Source of the DNA: Candidatus Auribacterota bacterium
GTDB lineage: Bacteria > Auribacterota > Tritonobacteria > UBA1439
Reading direction: 5' to 3'
NCBI GenBank assembly: GCA_026392035.1
Contig: JAPLCX010000085.1
Coordinates: 1,335 to 65,334 of the forward strand
DNA: 64,000 bases
Notes under the pieces: generated by a model
Told to the model about the DNA's origin: nothing
Databases searched by the model: none
What the model saw: the letters and a program-made list of their open reading frames with translations, nothing else
Shown: positions 18,577 to 27,728 of the stretch, piece by piece
How positions within the stretch are numbered: position 1 is the stretch's first letter
Layout: every line of letters begins with the position of its first letter
Position numbers and translations under genes: made by a program

Positions 18577-19332
18577 TTAGTACTTGTCTGTCTTTATCAC
18601 CAGATTCACGAAATTGAACGGCGGGAGCGTGCCCACATATTTAAACTTAACAGCCTCGCCATATTTTTCCACAAGCCCTTCGACCGCCCTATCAAACTCC
18701 TCTTCGCGTTTTTCCTCAACCAGGAAGGCCGCATTCAGGATCATCCGCTCCCCATACGTGGCATTGGTCTTGGTCTCCAGCGCGACGGGTGTGAGAAATT
18801 CCATTATCTTCTCGCGATATGCCTCCCGCTCCTTCCCGAGCGCCTCCTCAACCATCCTGCCTATTTCCATGCGCTGATAATGGGTTTTATCCGCCGGCAG
18901 CGTCGCGATCTTCTCCTTGGTCCGCCGTATATGCTCATATTTTTCCAGAATGGACGGATAAATAAATTCTTCCTTGAACACCGCCTTGAGACCGAGCTCC
19001 TTTTTCCCCTCCATCTGCCGCAACATCTGCGCGAATCGGTCGTGCTCCTTCTCCAGTATCCTCCGCACCTTGTCCTCGCTCTCCGCGATGGTGCAGAACC
19101 TGACGGGCAGCACCGTGTGATGCTTCATTACCTCTTCGATCGCGCGCTCATGTGCGATCGTGTTTTCCCGCGATATCCTGTATTCCTTGACCGGGGAATT
19201 GCTGACCACGGCGGCGACGTCATTGACGCCGAAGCTCCGCACCTCATCCCCCCTGCCGCCGATCCCGACAGGGCCGAAGGCATCGGGCTCTCCAGCCGCG
19301 ATTATACAATAGATATACTTACCCTCTTTCAC
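18577..19332 (-). CDS. GvpL/GvpF family protein
   Basis: GKYIYCII, AHERAIE, VLPVRFCT, GTLPPFNF. Confidence 0.92.
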   Translation of the reverse strand: MKEGKYIYCIIAAGEPDAFGPVGIGGRGDEVRSFGVNDVAAVVSNSPVKEYRISRENTIAHERAIEEVMKHHTVLPVRFCTIAESEDKVRRILEKEHDRFAQMLRQMEGKKELGLKAVFKEEFIYPSILEKYEHIRRTKEKIATLPADKTHYQRMEIGRMVEEALGKEREAYREKIMEFLTPVALETKTNATYGERMILNAAFLVEEKREEEFDRAVEGLVEKYGEAVKFKYVGTLPPFNFVNLVIKTDKY

Positions 19333-19433
19333 CCCGCCCCCATTTATTTGTTATTTGTCATTCGGATTTTGTCATTTATTTGACATTTGCCCACCTGCCG
19401 GCAGGCAGGGATTTTGACATTTGTCATTGAATT

Positions 19434-20204
19434 CTATTTTTCCCATTCTTCCTGGTAGATGACGATATTCACAAAGTTGAACACCGGCAGCGGCCCGGCG
19501 TACATGAACGTCATTCTATCTTTGTATTTCCTGCCCAGGTCATCCATGATATTGTCAAATTCCTTCTCCCGCCCCTTGTCCACCAGGAAGGCGGCATTGA
19601 TGAACATCCTGTCGTCAGTGGTATTATTGAGCTTATGGTCGTAAGCAGTTCGCCGCAGCGCGTCCACCACCCTCTCCGCCTCCTGCCGCTTCTTTTTGGC
19701 CAGCGCCTGCTCAACCATCTTGCCCAGCTCGACCCGCTCCTCAATACCCCCATTGCCCTTCGATTTCCGCAGGGTCTCCTTGAGTTGCTTGATCTCCTTG
19801 TTCTTTTCGCCGATCTCCCGGTATATGACATCCATATCCTTCCACAGCCCCTTGACGCCAAGCTCGACCTTGTGATCCATATCCCTTAAGGCATGTTTGA
19901 ACTCCCTGTATCTTCTATCGAGCAGGTTGCGTATCTCATCGGCGTCCTCCGCGACGGTGCCGAAGCGCACCGGGAGCACGCCGTCGAACTCCTTCATCAC
20001 TTCCTCGATCACCTTCTCGTGCGCGAGCATATTGTCGCGATTGACCACAAACCGCGTCATGGGATGATTGCTCACCACCATGCTGAGGTTCTCATAGCCG
20101 ATCGTGAGAATCTCGTCGCCTCTCCCGCCTATGCCGATAGCTCCGAAATTTCTCTCCTGCTTTGTCCCGATGATGCAATAGATGTATTTGCCTTCTTTTT
20201 CCAT
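19434..20204 (-). CDS. GvpL/GvpF family protein
   Basis: GKYIYCII, AHEKVIE, VLPVRFGT, GPLPVFNF. Confidence 0.92.
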   Translation of the reverse strand: MEKEGKYIYCIIGTKQERNFGAIGIGGRGDEILTIGYENLSMVVSNHPMTRFVVNRDNMLAHEKVIEEVMKEFDGVLPVRFGTVAEDADEIRNLLDRRYREFKHALRDMDHKVELGVKGLWKDMDVIYREIGEKNKEIKQLKETLRKSKGNGGIEERVELGKMVEQALAKKKRQEAERVVDALRRTAYDHKLNNTTDDRMFINAAFLVDKGREKEFDNIMDDLGRKYKDRMTFMYAGPLPVFNFVNIVIYQEEWEK

Positions 20205-20205
20205 G

Positions 20206-21249
20206 TCACTCCCTCAGTCTGACGAGGATCGCGCTTCTCCGTATATCGCTCGCCTTAAATGACAGGTTCTCACTGTCCCCTCCCTGCTCCGACGCCCGGG
20301 CGTACTCTTCGAGAATCTTCCACGCTCTGGTGAGATCATCAAACACCTTCTCCATATCGGTTCCGTCAGGATTAGTGTCCGGATGCGATGAGAACGCTAA
20401 TTTCTGACGAATCTTCTTGATATCCGCCCGTGTGGCCGTGTCGCCCAGACTAAAAATCCGCCTCGCCCAATTGACCTCGTCGCTCCCCAGTTTTTTCACC
20501 TCAAGCGTGAAGAAACTGTACGGGGGGAGCGGTCCGATGCGCCGAAAATTCAGCTTCTCCTCAAACCGGGCATTGAGCTTATCCACCTTCGCATCGAATA
20601 TCTCTCGATTCTCACGCGAGACGAGGAACGCGCTGTTCATCACCATCGTGTCATCCATGAGCTCGTGGTCCCTGAACCCACAGCTCACCGCTGTAAGCTC
20701 ATGGTGAATAGCCGCCGCGCACGCTTTTCTCTGTTCATCCAGCGCCTTTTTAACAATAAGCCCTACCGTCATCTGATCCTGGGGAGTCACCCCGTTTGAA
20801 CTCGCGAGGACCTTTGCCTTGATATCCTGAACCTCTTTCCTCCCCCCGGTCTCTTTAAGCAACGCGTTAAAATCACTCCAGGTCACCGCGACGTCAATCT
20901 CCACCTTATCGGCGATTTTCTTAAATACCTCCCGCGCCAACTCATACCCCCGGGCGAGAACATCCTGCGCTTCGCTCATGCTCTCCGCATAGGTCCCCAC
21001 TCTCATCGGGATAACCGCGAATCGCCGCATCACGCTCTCGAGCACCTGCTGATGATGTATTAGTCGCCGCGCGACTTCGTCTTTTATCAGCGCGTTGTAG
21101 TCGTACAGCTCGGAGTTGCTCACCACCGCAGCGATATCCATATGGGGGATGGTGTACACCTGTTCCCCTCCTTCAATCCCGGGCTGCTCGAAGTAAAGCT
21201 CCTTATCAGATTCAATAATCCCATAGATATATTTGCCCTCCCGCTTCAT
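20206..21249 (-). CDS. GvpL/GvpF protein fused to a C-terminal J-domain
   Basis: GvpF core ending GPLPPYSF, then IKK..QKLAFSSHPDTNP...F..L..AW.IL with an intact HPD. Confidence 0.85.
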   Translation of the reverse strand: MKREGKYIYGIIESDKELYFEQPGIEGGEQVYTIPHMDIAAVVSNSELYDYNALIKDEVARRLIHHQQVLESVMRRFAVIPMRVGTYAESMSEAQDVLARGYELAREVFKKIADKVEIDVAVTWSDFNALLKETGGRKEVQDIKAKVLASSNGVTPQDQMTVGLIVKKALDEQRKACAAAIHHELTAVSCGFRDHELMDDTMVMNSAFLVSRENREIFDAKVDKLNARFEEKLNFRRIGPLPPYSFFTLEVKKLGSDEVNWARRIFSLGDTATRADIKKIRQKLAFSSHPDTNPDGTDMEKVFDDLTRAWKILEEYARASEQGGDSENLSFKASDIRRSAILVRLRE

Positions 21250-21260
21250 GATACCATTCC

Positions 21261-23423
21261 TCAAGCCTTGTGGCCGGCCGGCGACCGCGAATTCCGCGCG
21301 CTCTCGACCAACTTCATCGCTTCTTCGAAATGCCTCTTCTCAATGGTGGGCGAGTCCTTCCCCTTCGGTTTTCGTTCGATAAACTCCCGTATGGCAATCA
21401 TCGCCGCCTTGCGGCATATAAGCTCGATATCAGACCCCGACTTGCCCCCGGTGTCCCTGGCCAGCTTCCTTATATCAATGTCCGGGGCGAGGGGTTTGTT
21501 TTTGACATGGATCTTGAATATCTTTCCCCGCGCCGCTTCGTCGGGGATCGGCAGCTCGAGGAGCAGATCAAATCTGCCGCTCCTGAGCAGCGCCGGGTCA
21601 ACAAGGTCCAGCCTGTTGGTCGCCCCCAGCACCAGCACGCCCTTGAGCTCCTCTATCCCGTCCATTTCCGTCAGAAACTGGCTTATCACCCGCTCCGTCA
21701 CATGGGCGTCAGTGGAACTCGACCCCCGGAGGGGCACAATGCTGTCGATCTCGTCAAAGAAAAGGATGGTGGGAGACGCCTGTTTCGCCTTCTTGAAGAT
21801 CTCCCGGATGCCCCGCTCGCTCTCCCCGACGTATTTTGATATGAGGGAGGGCCCTTTCACCGAGATGAAGTTCACGCCGCTCTCGTTTGCCACCGCCTTC
21901 GCGAGGAGGGTTTTCCCCGTCCCCGGGGCTCCGTACAGGAGGATTCCCTTCGGAGGCGAGGTGTTTGTCTTTTTAAATATCTCCGAGTACTTCAACGGCC
22001 ACTCAACCGCCTCTTTCAACTCCTCCTTGATAGTATCCAACCCGCCCACATCCTCCCATGTGACATCCGGCACCTCCACGAACACCTCTCGTATGGCCGA
22101 TGGTTCGACCTCCTTCATCGCTTCCAGGAAATCATCCATCGTCACCTCGAGCTTCATGAGCGTCTCGTAGGGGATATCGGCCATTTCAAAGTCTATCTTC
22201 GGGAGGATCTTCCGCAACGCCGACATCGCCGCTTCCCGCGCAAGCGCCTCGAGATCGGCGCCCACGAAACCGTGGGTGATCCCCGCGAGTTTCTCCACGC
22301 TCACGTCCTGCGCCAGGGGCATGCCCCTCGTGTGGATATGAAGTATCTCAAGCCTGCCGTTTTTGTCCGGGATGGGAATGGCTATCTCCCGGTCGAAGCG
22401 CCCCGGCCGCCGCAGCGCCGGATCCACTATATTGGGGACGTTGGTCGCGGCCATGACGACCACATGCCCCCGTGACTCCAATCCGTCCATGAGCGCCAGG
22501 AGCTGGGCCACCACCCGTCGCTCAACCTGTTTCTCAGCCCCCATATCTTCTCTCTTGGGAGCGATTGATTCGATCTCATCAATGAATATGATTGCGGGGG
22601 CATGCGCCTTGGCCTCCTCAAAGAGGGACCGGATGCGCCCTTCCGATTCCCCGTAAAATTTTCCCATGCACTCAGGCCCGCTCATGCTGGTAAAGTACGC
22701 GTCCGTCTCGTGCGCCACCGCGCGCGCGATCAATGTCTTGCCGCACCCCGGCGGCCCGTGGAGGAACACGCCCTTGGGGGCGTCGATGCCGAGCCGCTCG
22801 AATACCTCGGGATAGCGCAGCGGCAGCTCCACCATCTCCCTGATGCGCTGGACCTGCGTGCCGAGACCGCCGATATCCTCGTACGAGACCTTCGCGGGCC
22901 CCTTCTCCGGCGCCTCCTTGGTCTTGATCCGTATCATCGTGGCGGTGCTCAACACCACCACGCCATCGGGACTCGTGTCGAGCACCTTGAAATCGCACGA
23001 TCTCGTGCCGAAGAGCACCGCCCGTATCCGGTCGCCCACCATCACCGGAAGCCCGTCAATGAGCGACCCGATATACTTGCTGTCCTTCTCCCGGTCCGCC
23101 AGGCCCGACATGGTCAACGGGGAAAGCGTCACGCTCCGCGCGGGTTTCGATTCCACCTTATGTATCTTTACCCGGTCATCGAGCCCCACCTGCGCGTTCT
23201 CGCGTAAGATCCCGTCCATCTGAATGATCTTCATGCCGCGATCCGGGGCGTAACAGGGCATCGCCTTTGCCGGCGTCTTCCGTTTCCCTTCAACCTCGAT
23301 GATCTCCCCCACTTCAACGCCGAGCTTCTTCATGTCATCGGGATCTATTCTCGCGATAGACCTCCCGACATCCTTGGATAAAGCCTCTTTCACTTTTAGC
23401 ATCACATAACCTCCGTCATTCAC
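21261..23423 (-). CDS. CDC48/p97/VAT-family AAA+ ATPase
   Basis: Double-psi N domain; D1 [22 protein letters not shown]; D2 [18 protein letters not shown]. Confidence 0.93.
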   Translation of the reverse strand: MNDGGYVMLKVKEALSKDVGRSIARIDPDDMKKLGVEVGEIIEVEGKRKTPAKAMPCYAPDRGMKIIQMDGILRENAQVGLDDRVKIHKVESKPARSVTLSPLTMSGLADREKDSKYIGSLIDGLPVMVGDRIRAVLFGTRSCDFKVLDTSPDGVVVLSTATMIRIKTKEAPEKGPAKVSYEDIGGLGTQVQRIREMVELPLRYPEVFERLGIDAPKGVFLHGPPGCGKTLIARAVAHETDAYFTSMSGPECMGKFYGESEGRIRSLFEEAKAHAPAIIFIDEIESIAPKREDMGAEKQVERRVVAQLLALMDGLESRGHVVVMAATNVPNIVDPALRRPGRFDREIAIPIPDKNGRLEILHIHTRGMPLAQDVSVEKLAGITHGFVGADLEALAREAAMSALRKILPKIDFEMADIPYETLMKLEVTMDDFLEAMKEVEPSAIREVFVEVPDVTWEDVGGLDTIKEELKEAVEWPLKYSEIFKKTNTSPPKGILLYGAPGTGKTLLAKAVANESGVNFISVKGPSLISKYVGESERGIREIFKKAKQASPTILFFDEIDSIVPLRGSSSTDAHVTERVISQFLTEMDGIEELKGVLVLGATNRLDLVDPALLRSGRFDLLLELPIPDEAARGKIFKIHVKNKPLAPDIDIRKLARDTGGKSGSDIELICRKAAMIAIREFIERKPKGKDSPTIEKRHFEEAMKLVESARNSRSPAGHKA

Positions 23424-23428
23424 CGATT

Positions 23429-23595
23429 TAAGTTAGCTCGCTAACTTAAATCCCAAATGACAAAGCACAAATGTCAAATGAATGACAAATACCAAATGAG
23501 AGATGATAAATACCAAAGCATAAATGACAAAAATTTAAGGTTTTGTCATTGGGATTTTGTCATTTCTTTGTCATTTGAAATTTGACATTTGTCAT
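23429..23595. repeat. Gene-less inverted heptamer-array element with terminal palindrome
   Basis: TAAGTTAGC-TC-GCTAACTTA, AAATGAC-type array, then TGTCATT-type array. Confidence 0.8.
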
Positions 23596-23649
23596 TACTT
23601 ACAATCCGTGCTTTTCTGAAATTCCCTGCCTGCCGTCAGGCAGGTTTCT

Positions 23650-24588
23650 CTACGCGCCAAACAGCAAATGCCTGAAATTATCCAACGACTCGATTCCCCT
23701 CACCTCCACGGGCTGCAACGGCACCAGGGTAATCTCAAATGCGCCGAACTTTTCCTTTATCATTTTGATGTATCTTTCCTGCCCCTTCCTCCGCTCCCTG
23801 CAGAAATCGCAGTCGCTCGACCTCACCACATTATTGACCACCATCTGTCTTACGTTGATTCCCGCCACGCGCAGGCTGTTCACCAGCCGTTCCGTTTCCG
23901 CGATCGCCATCTCCTCCGGAATGGTCACCACGATGAATTGGCAGCCTTGACCATCGCGGAGCAAACCCTCGATCCGCTTTACCACCTTCTTCATTTCGAC
24001 GAGGAACTCATCTGCCCTGTCAGGCTTCGCCCGCCCCGAAAAGGCTTCAACCACTCGATGATACTTCCACCGCATCTTCGCGACCACCTTGATCCAGTCA
24101 TCGAGAATGCCGGGCAGCGTCAACAACCTCAAGGCGTGTCCGGTGGGCGCGGTGTCAACGATATACTTGTCGAATTTCCCCTCCTCCACAAGGTCGAGGA
24201 TCGTTTTGAACCCCATCACCTCGTCTATACCCGGAATAGAGAGCGCGAACACGGAATCTATGTCGGCCTTGTCAAGATAGGTCGAGCTGTCGAGAATCCA
24301 TCGTATCTCATCCCCGTACTCCGCCTTGAACCGGCAGAGCGCCTTGTCCGCGCTTACTTCAATCGCGCTCAGGTTCTGAACACCGTCAATCCCGGTTACG
24401 GCATCCCCGATGCTCTGGCCGAAACAGTCGGAAAGGGAATGGGCGGGATCGGTGGAAATAAGCAATGTCTTGTATTGCCCGGCCAAATAAAAACCTGTGC
24501 TGGATGCACAGGTCGTTTTTCCCACCCCGCCCTTTCCGCCGAATAAAATCAGCTTTAGCGCGTCATTATTTAATCCTGTGAGTGGCAT
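23650..24588 (-). CDS. ArsA/GET3-family ATPase
   Basis: GKGGVGKTT, STDPAHSL, DTAPTGH. Confidence 0.93.
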   Translation of the reverse strand: MPLTGLNNDALKLILFGGKGGVGKTTCASSTGFYLAGQYKTLLISTDPAHSLSDCFGQSIGDAVTGIDGVQNLSAIEVSADKALCRFKAEYGDEIRWILDSSTYLDKADIDSVFALSIPGIDEVMGFKTILDLVEEGKFDKYIVDTAPTGHALRLLTLPGILDDWIKVVAKMRWKYHRVVEAFSGRAKPDRADEFLVEMKKVVKRIEGLLRDGQGCQFIVVTIPEEMAIAETERLVNSLRVAGINVRQMVVNNVVRSSDCDFCRERRKGQERYIKMIKEKFGAFEITLVPLQPVEVRGIESLDNFRHLLFGA

Positions 24589-25118
24589 TTCATCACTTTG
24601 ATTTCCAGCATGCCGTTATTGTATTTTGAGCGGAGCGTATCCGCTTTAACCTTTGCCGGGAGCAGGATCTCCTTGCGGTATTTCCTTTCGCCGGATTTGG
24701 CTGAAATATCCAGGATATCCCCTTTCAAATCAACCTTGATATCCTTTTCATTCACCCCCGGCATTTCGGCGTACACCCGGATCTCTTCCTTCTCGTCAAA
24801 CACGTCGGTGATCGGTTCCCGTTCCTCCTCAACCTTCGGCCCCTGGGGAGTTTTTTTGATCTTGTGACCGAACGGCTCCACCTTGAACGGCTTTCCTCCC
24901 GTGGCAGTCCGCACGGAAAAACCGAACACCCCCTTCATGCCTTCCTTGAGCTGGCTCAGATCTATCTCGCCTTCTTTTTTGATCTCACCGCCTGATTCTT
25001 TCAGGGATTCCGCCAGGTCCACCAATTTTTCAAGCCCTTTGAACAACCCCCCCAGGCTGAATTGCCCCATACCGATGTCAAAATCCGCCCCTTCCTTTTT
25101 CTTCTTTTCCTTTGCCAT
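24570..25118 (-). CDS. Hsp20/alpha-crystallin protein (GvpH-like), copy 1
   Basis: EPITDVFDE, AEMPGV, YNNGMLEI. Confidence 0.88.
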   Translation of the reverse strand: MAKEKKKKEGADFDIGMGQFSLGGLFKGLEKLVDLAESLKESGGEIKKEGEIDLSQLKEGMKGVFGFSVRTATGGKPFKVEPFGHKIKKTPQGPKVEEEREPITDVFDEKEEIRVYAEMPGVNEKDIKVDLKGDILDISAKSGERKYRKEILLPAKVKADTLRSKYNNGMLEIKVMKCHSQD

Positions 25119-25181
25119 GGTTCCCTCCTCTCTTTATGAAATCTTGCAAGGCCTCAGTTTTTGGATCAATCCCCATGTTCC

Positions 25182-25242
25182 GTAGGGGCGTGATTTATCG
25201 CGCCCGATATAATTTCTCGGGTTCGATGAATCGAACCCCTAC
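25182..25242. repeat. GTAG-type REP doublet
   Basis: GTAGGGGCGTGATTTATCGCGCCC and inverted GGGTTCGATGAATCGAACCCCTAC. Confidence 0.8.
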
Positions 25243-25321
25243 AGTACTGTATTAACAAGCCTTTTAGTGATGGATTTGAAATCTTGTCTTTTTTTCTTCT
25301 CTGTGATATTATTCTAACAGG

Positions 25322-25558
25322 GTGACAAATATGAAAACTCAAAAAATCGAAACAATTCGTAAAAAGTTCCATAGAGAATGGCTTTTGATCGCATTAGATA
25401 AAATGGATGAAAGAAGAACCATACCATTGACCGGCAGACTTCTGGCTCATAGTCCCCATCGGGATGAGGTTTATGCAAAGTCCTCTCGTTATAGAGGACA
25501 CGCATTGGTTGTTTATTCTGAGGATGGTTTCCCAAAAGGTTACGCTGCTGCTTTTTAA
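25322..25558 (+). CDS. Small hypothetical protein (DUF5678-like) upstream of the protease
   Basis: EWLLI...G.LLAHS..R pattern; stop lies 1 nt before the next ATG. Confidence 0.65.
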   Translation: MTNMKTQKIETIRKKFHREWLLIALDKMDERRTIPLTGRLLAHSPHRDEVYAKSSRYRGHALVVYSEDGFPKGYAAAF

Positions 25559-25559
25559 T

Positions 25560-25955
25560 ATGGCCAAACAATCCCTGCAAAAGATAATTCTTAAAGAAGG
25601 GATAATCTCTATTTATGTTGTGCTCAAAGGCCATATTACTTCGCGTACTATAAAAATGGCTCTGGATACAGGAGCCACTTATACTATGATACCCATAGAA
25701 ATCGCCAGGGATATAGGTTACGATCCCACTCTTACCAAAAGACGAATTGAAATTTCTACTGCTAATGGATTGATTTTCGTACCTCTGATTACAGTCCTGG
25801 AAATAAGTTTTATGGGGCTCACCCTGAAAAGTATCGATGTAATCTGTCATAACTTACCTTCTGAAAGTCCGGTGGAAGGCCTGCTCGGTCTCAACTTTTT
25901 AATCCACCTGCCTGCATTTATTGAGTTTTATCAGAAAATCCATTCTCATATCTAA
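25560..25955 (+). CDS. Retropepsin-like (clan AA) aspartyl protease
   Basis: ALDTGATYT, TANG, GLLGLNFL; ATG 25560. Confidence 0.88.
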   Translation: MAKQSLQKIILKEGIISIYVVLKGHITSRTIKMALDTGATYTMIPIEIARDIGYDPTLTKRRIEISTANGLIFVPLITVLEISFMGLTLKSIDVICHNLPSESPVEGLLGLNFLIHLPAFIEFYQKIHSHI

Positions 25956-25980
25956 AACCATCCGTCTGTTTCCAGCCTCA

Positions 25981-26058
25981 GGGTCACACCCTGAATACTA
26001 ACTATGAATGCTCGTCCAAAACCTGCTATGGTCTAAGTCAGTATTCAGGGTGTGACCC
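25981..26058. mobile_element. 78-bp REPIN/MITE-like element, copy 1
   Basis: 23-bp inverted arms (GGGTCACACCCTGAATACTAACT, 1 mismatch in the right arm) around a 32-bp spacer. Confidence 0.85.
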
Positions 26059-26071
26059 CGAATGTGATCAT

Positions 26072-26650
26072 TTAATCCTGTGAGTGGCATTTCATCACTT
26101 TGATTTCCAGCATGCCGTTATTGTATTTTGAGCGAAGCGTATCCGCTTTAACCTTTGCCGGAAGCAGGATCTCCTTGCGGTATTTCCTTTCGCCTGATTT
26201 GGCTGAAATATCCAGGATATCCCCTTTCAAATCAACCTTGATATCCTTTTCATTCACCCCCGGCATTTCGGCATACACCCGGATCTCTTCCTTCTCGTCA
26301 AACACGTCGGTGATCGGTTCGCGTTCCTCCTCGACCCTCGGCCCCTGGGGAGTTTTTTTGATCTTGTGGCCAAACGGCTCAACAGAGACCGGCCTGCCTC
26401 CGAGCGCGGTTTTTACAGAGAAACCAAAAACCCCCTTCATCCCTTCCTTCAGATGACTCAGGTCTATCTCGCCCTCTTTTTTGATTTCGCCGCCTGATTC
26501 TTTCAGGGCTTCCGCCAGGTCCACCAATTTCTCAAGCCCTTTGAACAACCCCCCCAGGCTGAATTGCCCCATACCGATGTCAAAATCCGCCCCTTCCTTT
26601 TTTCCGCCATGGGCGGCTCCGCCTCCGGCGGGCTTCTTCCCCTTTATCAT
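26072..26650 (-). CDS. Hsp20/alpha-crystallin protein (GvpH-like), copy 2
   Basis: Nearly identical to 24570-25118 apart from the N-terminus. Confidence 0.88.
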   Translation of the reverse strand: MIKGKKPAGGGAAHGGKKEGADFDIGMGQFSLGGLFKGLEKLVDLAEALKESGGEIKKEGEIDLSHLKEGMKGVFGFSVKTALGGRPVSVEPFGHKIKKTPQGPRVEEEREPITDVFDEKEEIRVYAEMPGVNEKDIKVDLKGDILDISAKSGERKYRKEILLPAKVKADTLRSKYNNGMLEIKVMKCHSQD

Positions 26651-26675
26651 GGCTCTCTCCTCCTCTCTGGCCTCA

Positions 26676-26753
26676 GGGTCACACCCTGAATACTAACTAC
26701 GAATGCTCATCCAAAACCTGTTATGATCTAAGTTAGTATTTAGGGTGTGACCC
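26676..26753. mobile_element. 78-bp REPIN/MITE-like element, copy 2
   Basis: Same arms; spacer differs from copy 1 at 4 of 32 positions. Confidence 0.85.
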
Positions 26754-26756
26754 CAC

Positions 26757-27065
26757 TTAATAATTTATAGTTTCAATGTTCTGCAAAATCCTCTTTTTAT
26801 TCTCCTTAATCTTCTCTTGTGTCCTCTCTTTTCTTCTCTTGAGTTTAAGAAGCCAGCTCTTTTCTGTTATATCTTTACCTTGTTTTGTCAGGCTGCATAT
26901 TCCTTTAAAGGCATCAAAATCAACAAAACCATTTCTCTCTAACCCCTTGCAGATCACATACGCATAGTGAGAACTGATTCTTAATCCCTGGGCTATTAAA
27001 TAGTAATGAAGCCTATCCCCATTTTTAGCTATGACATCCAGGGTTTCCTGCTCCATGCCGGTCAT
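26757..27065 (-). CDS. Hypothetical protein, winged-helix-like N-terminus and basic tail
   Basis: IAQGLRISSHYAYVICKGLERNGFV...LTKQG pattern. Confidence 0.55.
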   Translation of the reverse strand: MTGMEQETLDVIAKNGDRLHYYLIAQGLRISSHYAYVICKGLERNGFVDFDAFKGICSLTKQGKDITEKSWLLKLKRRKERTQEKIKENKKRILQNIETINY

Positions 27066-27107
27066 TTCACCCCCATGCCGATTTTAAAATGGTTATCAAT
27101 GGGGTAA

Positions 27108-27404
27108 TTATTTTATCTTCGCCTCCAAACGCTCAAGCCTCTTCTTCAAAACCGCATTCTCCTTCTCGAACTCCTTTTCCCTCGCCTTCGTGGAAAGGTA
27201 CGCGTCCTGCTGCCACCAGTTGATCCCCATCTCCATGGCCTTATCAACGGAGGCGATCAGGAGCCTTATTTTGATATTGAGAAGGTCAATATCGGCGATC
27301 TGTATCTTGATGTCTCCGGCAATCACTATTCCCTTGTCCAGAACCCGTTCCAGTATATCCGCGAGATTGGTAGCCTGGATTGAATGCGCCAATTGCTCAA
27401 CCAT
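27108..27404 (-). CDS. gvpJ: Gas vesicle protein GvpJ
   Basis: NLADILERVLDKGIVIAGDI...IRLLIASVDKAMEMGINWW. Confidence 0.88.
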   Translation of the reverse strand: MVEQLAHSIQATNLADILERVLDKGIVIAGDIKIQIADIDLLNIKIRLLIASVDKAMEMGINWWQQDAYLSTKAREKEFEKENAVLKKRLERLEAKIK

Positions 27405-27453
27405 TTTCTACCTCCTGCATGCTCACGCTTATGTAAAATTATGTGTATGGCGG

Positions 27454-27711
27454 TTATCGCTCTTCCACCCTCTCTTCTTTTCGCGCGAAAGAGACCGCCT
27501 CCAAAGCATCAGTTAATGTAATCTCGTAAACATTTCTATCCTGAACTCGGGTAGGGAGACCTAAAGATTTGATAAATGAACTCTCCTCGTAAATCTCCGC
27601 TTCGCCTATCCATCCCTCCTGAGATCTGGCTATCTTTATTACTTTTGCGTCCCTACCAAGAGTCTTTTTAAAAAAATCTGTAATTGCCTTACCCACTTCT
27701 TCTATTTTCAT
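27454..27711 (-). CDS. gvpO: Gas vesicle protein GvpO (copy 1)
   Basis: VIKIARSQEGWIGEAEIYEE...YEITL. Confidence 0.75.
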   Translation of the reverse strand: MKIEEVGKAITDFFKKTLGRDAKVIKIARSQEGWIGEAEIYEESSFIKSLGLPTRVQDRNVYEITLTDALEAVSFARKEERVEER

Positions 27712-27728
27712 ACCCTCACCCTGGTTAT

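Noticed and set aside
21142-22170. Long antisense or overlapping ORFs (e.g. 21142-22170, 3785-5098, 49877-50875, 54926-56389, 18571-19383)
   Set aside because: Shadows of well-supported genes on the opposite strand in GC-rich DNA; no motifs or RBS.
23650-24588. Arsenic-resistance operon
   Set aside because: Single-domain ArsA with no arsB/acr3, arsC, arsD or arsR nearby; it is coupled to gvp genes.
25981-26753. 23-bp repeats with 32-bp spacers look CRISPR-like
   Set aside because: The repeats are inverted pairs, the two spacers are near-identical, and there are no cas genes.
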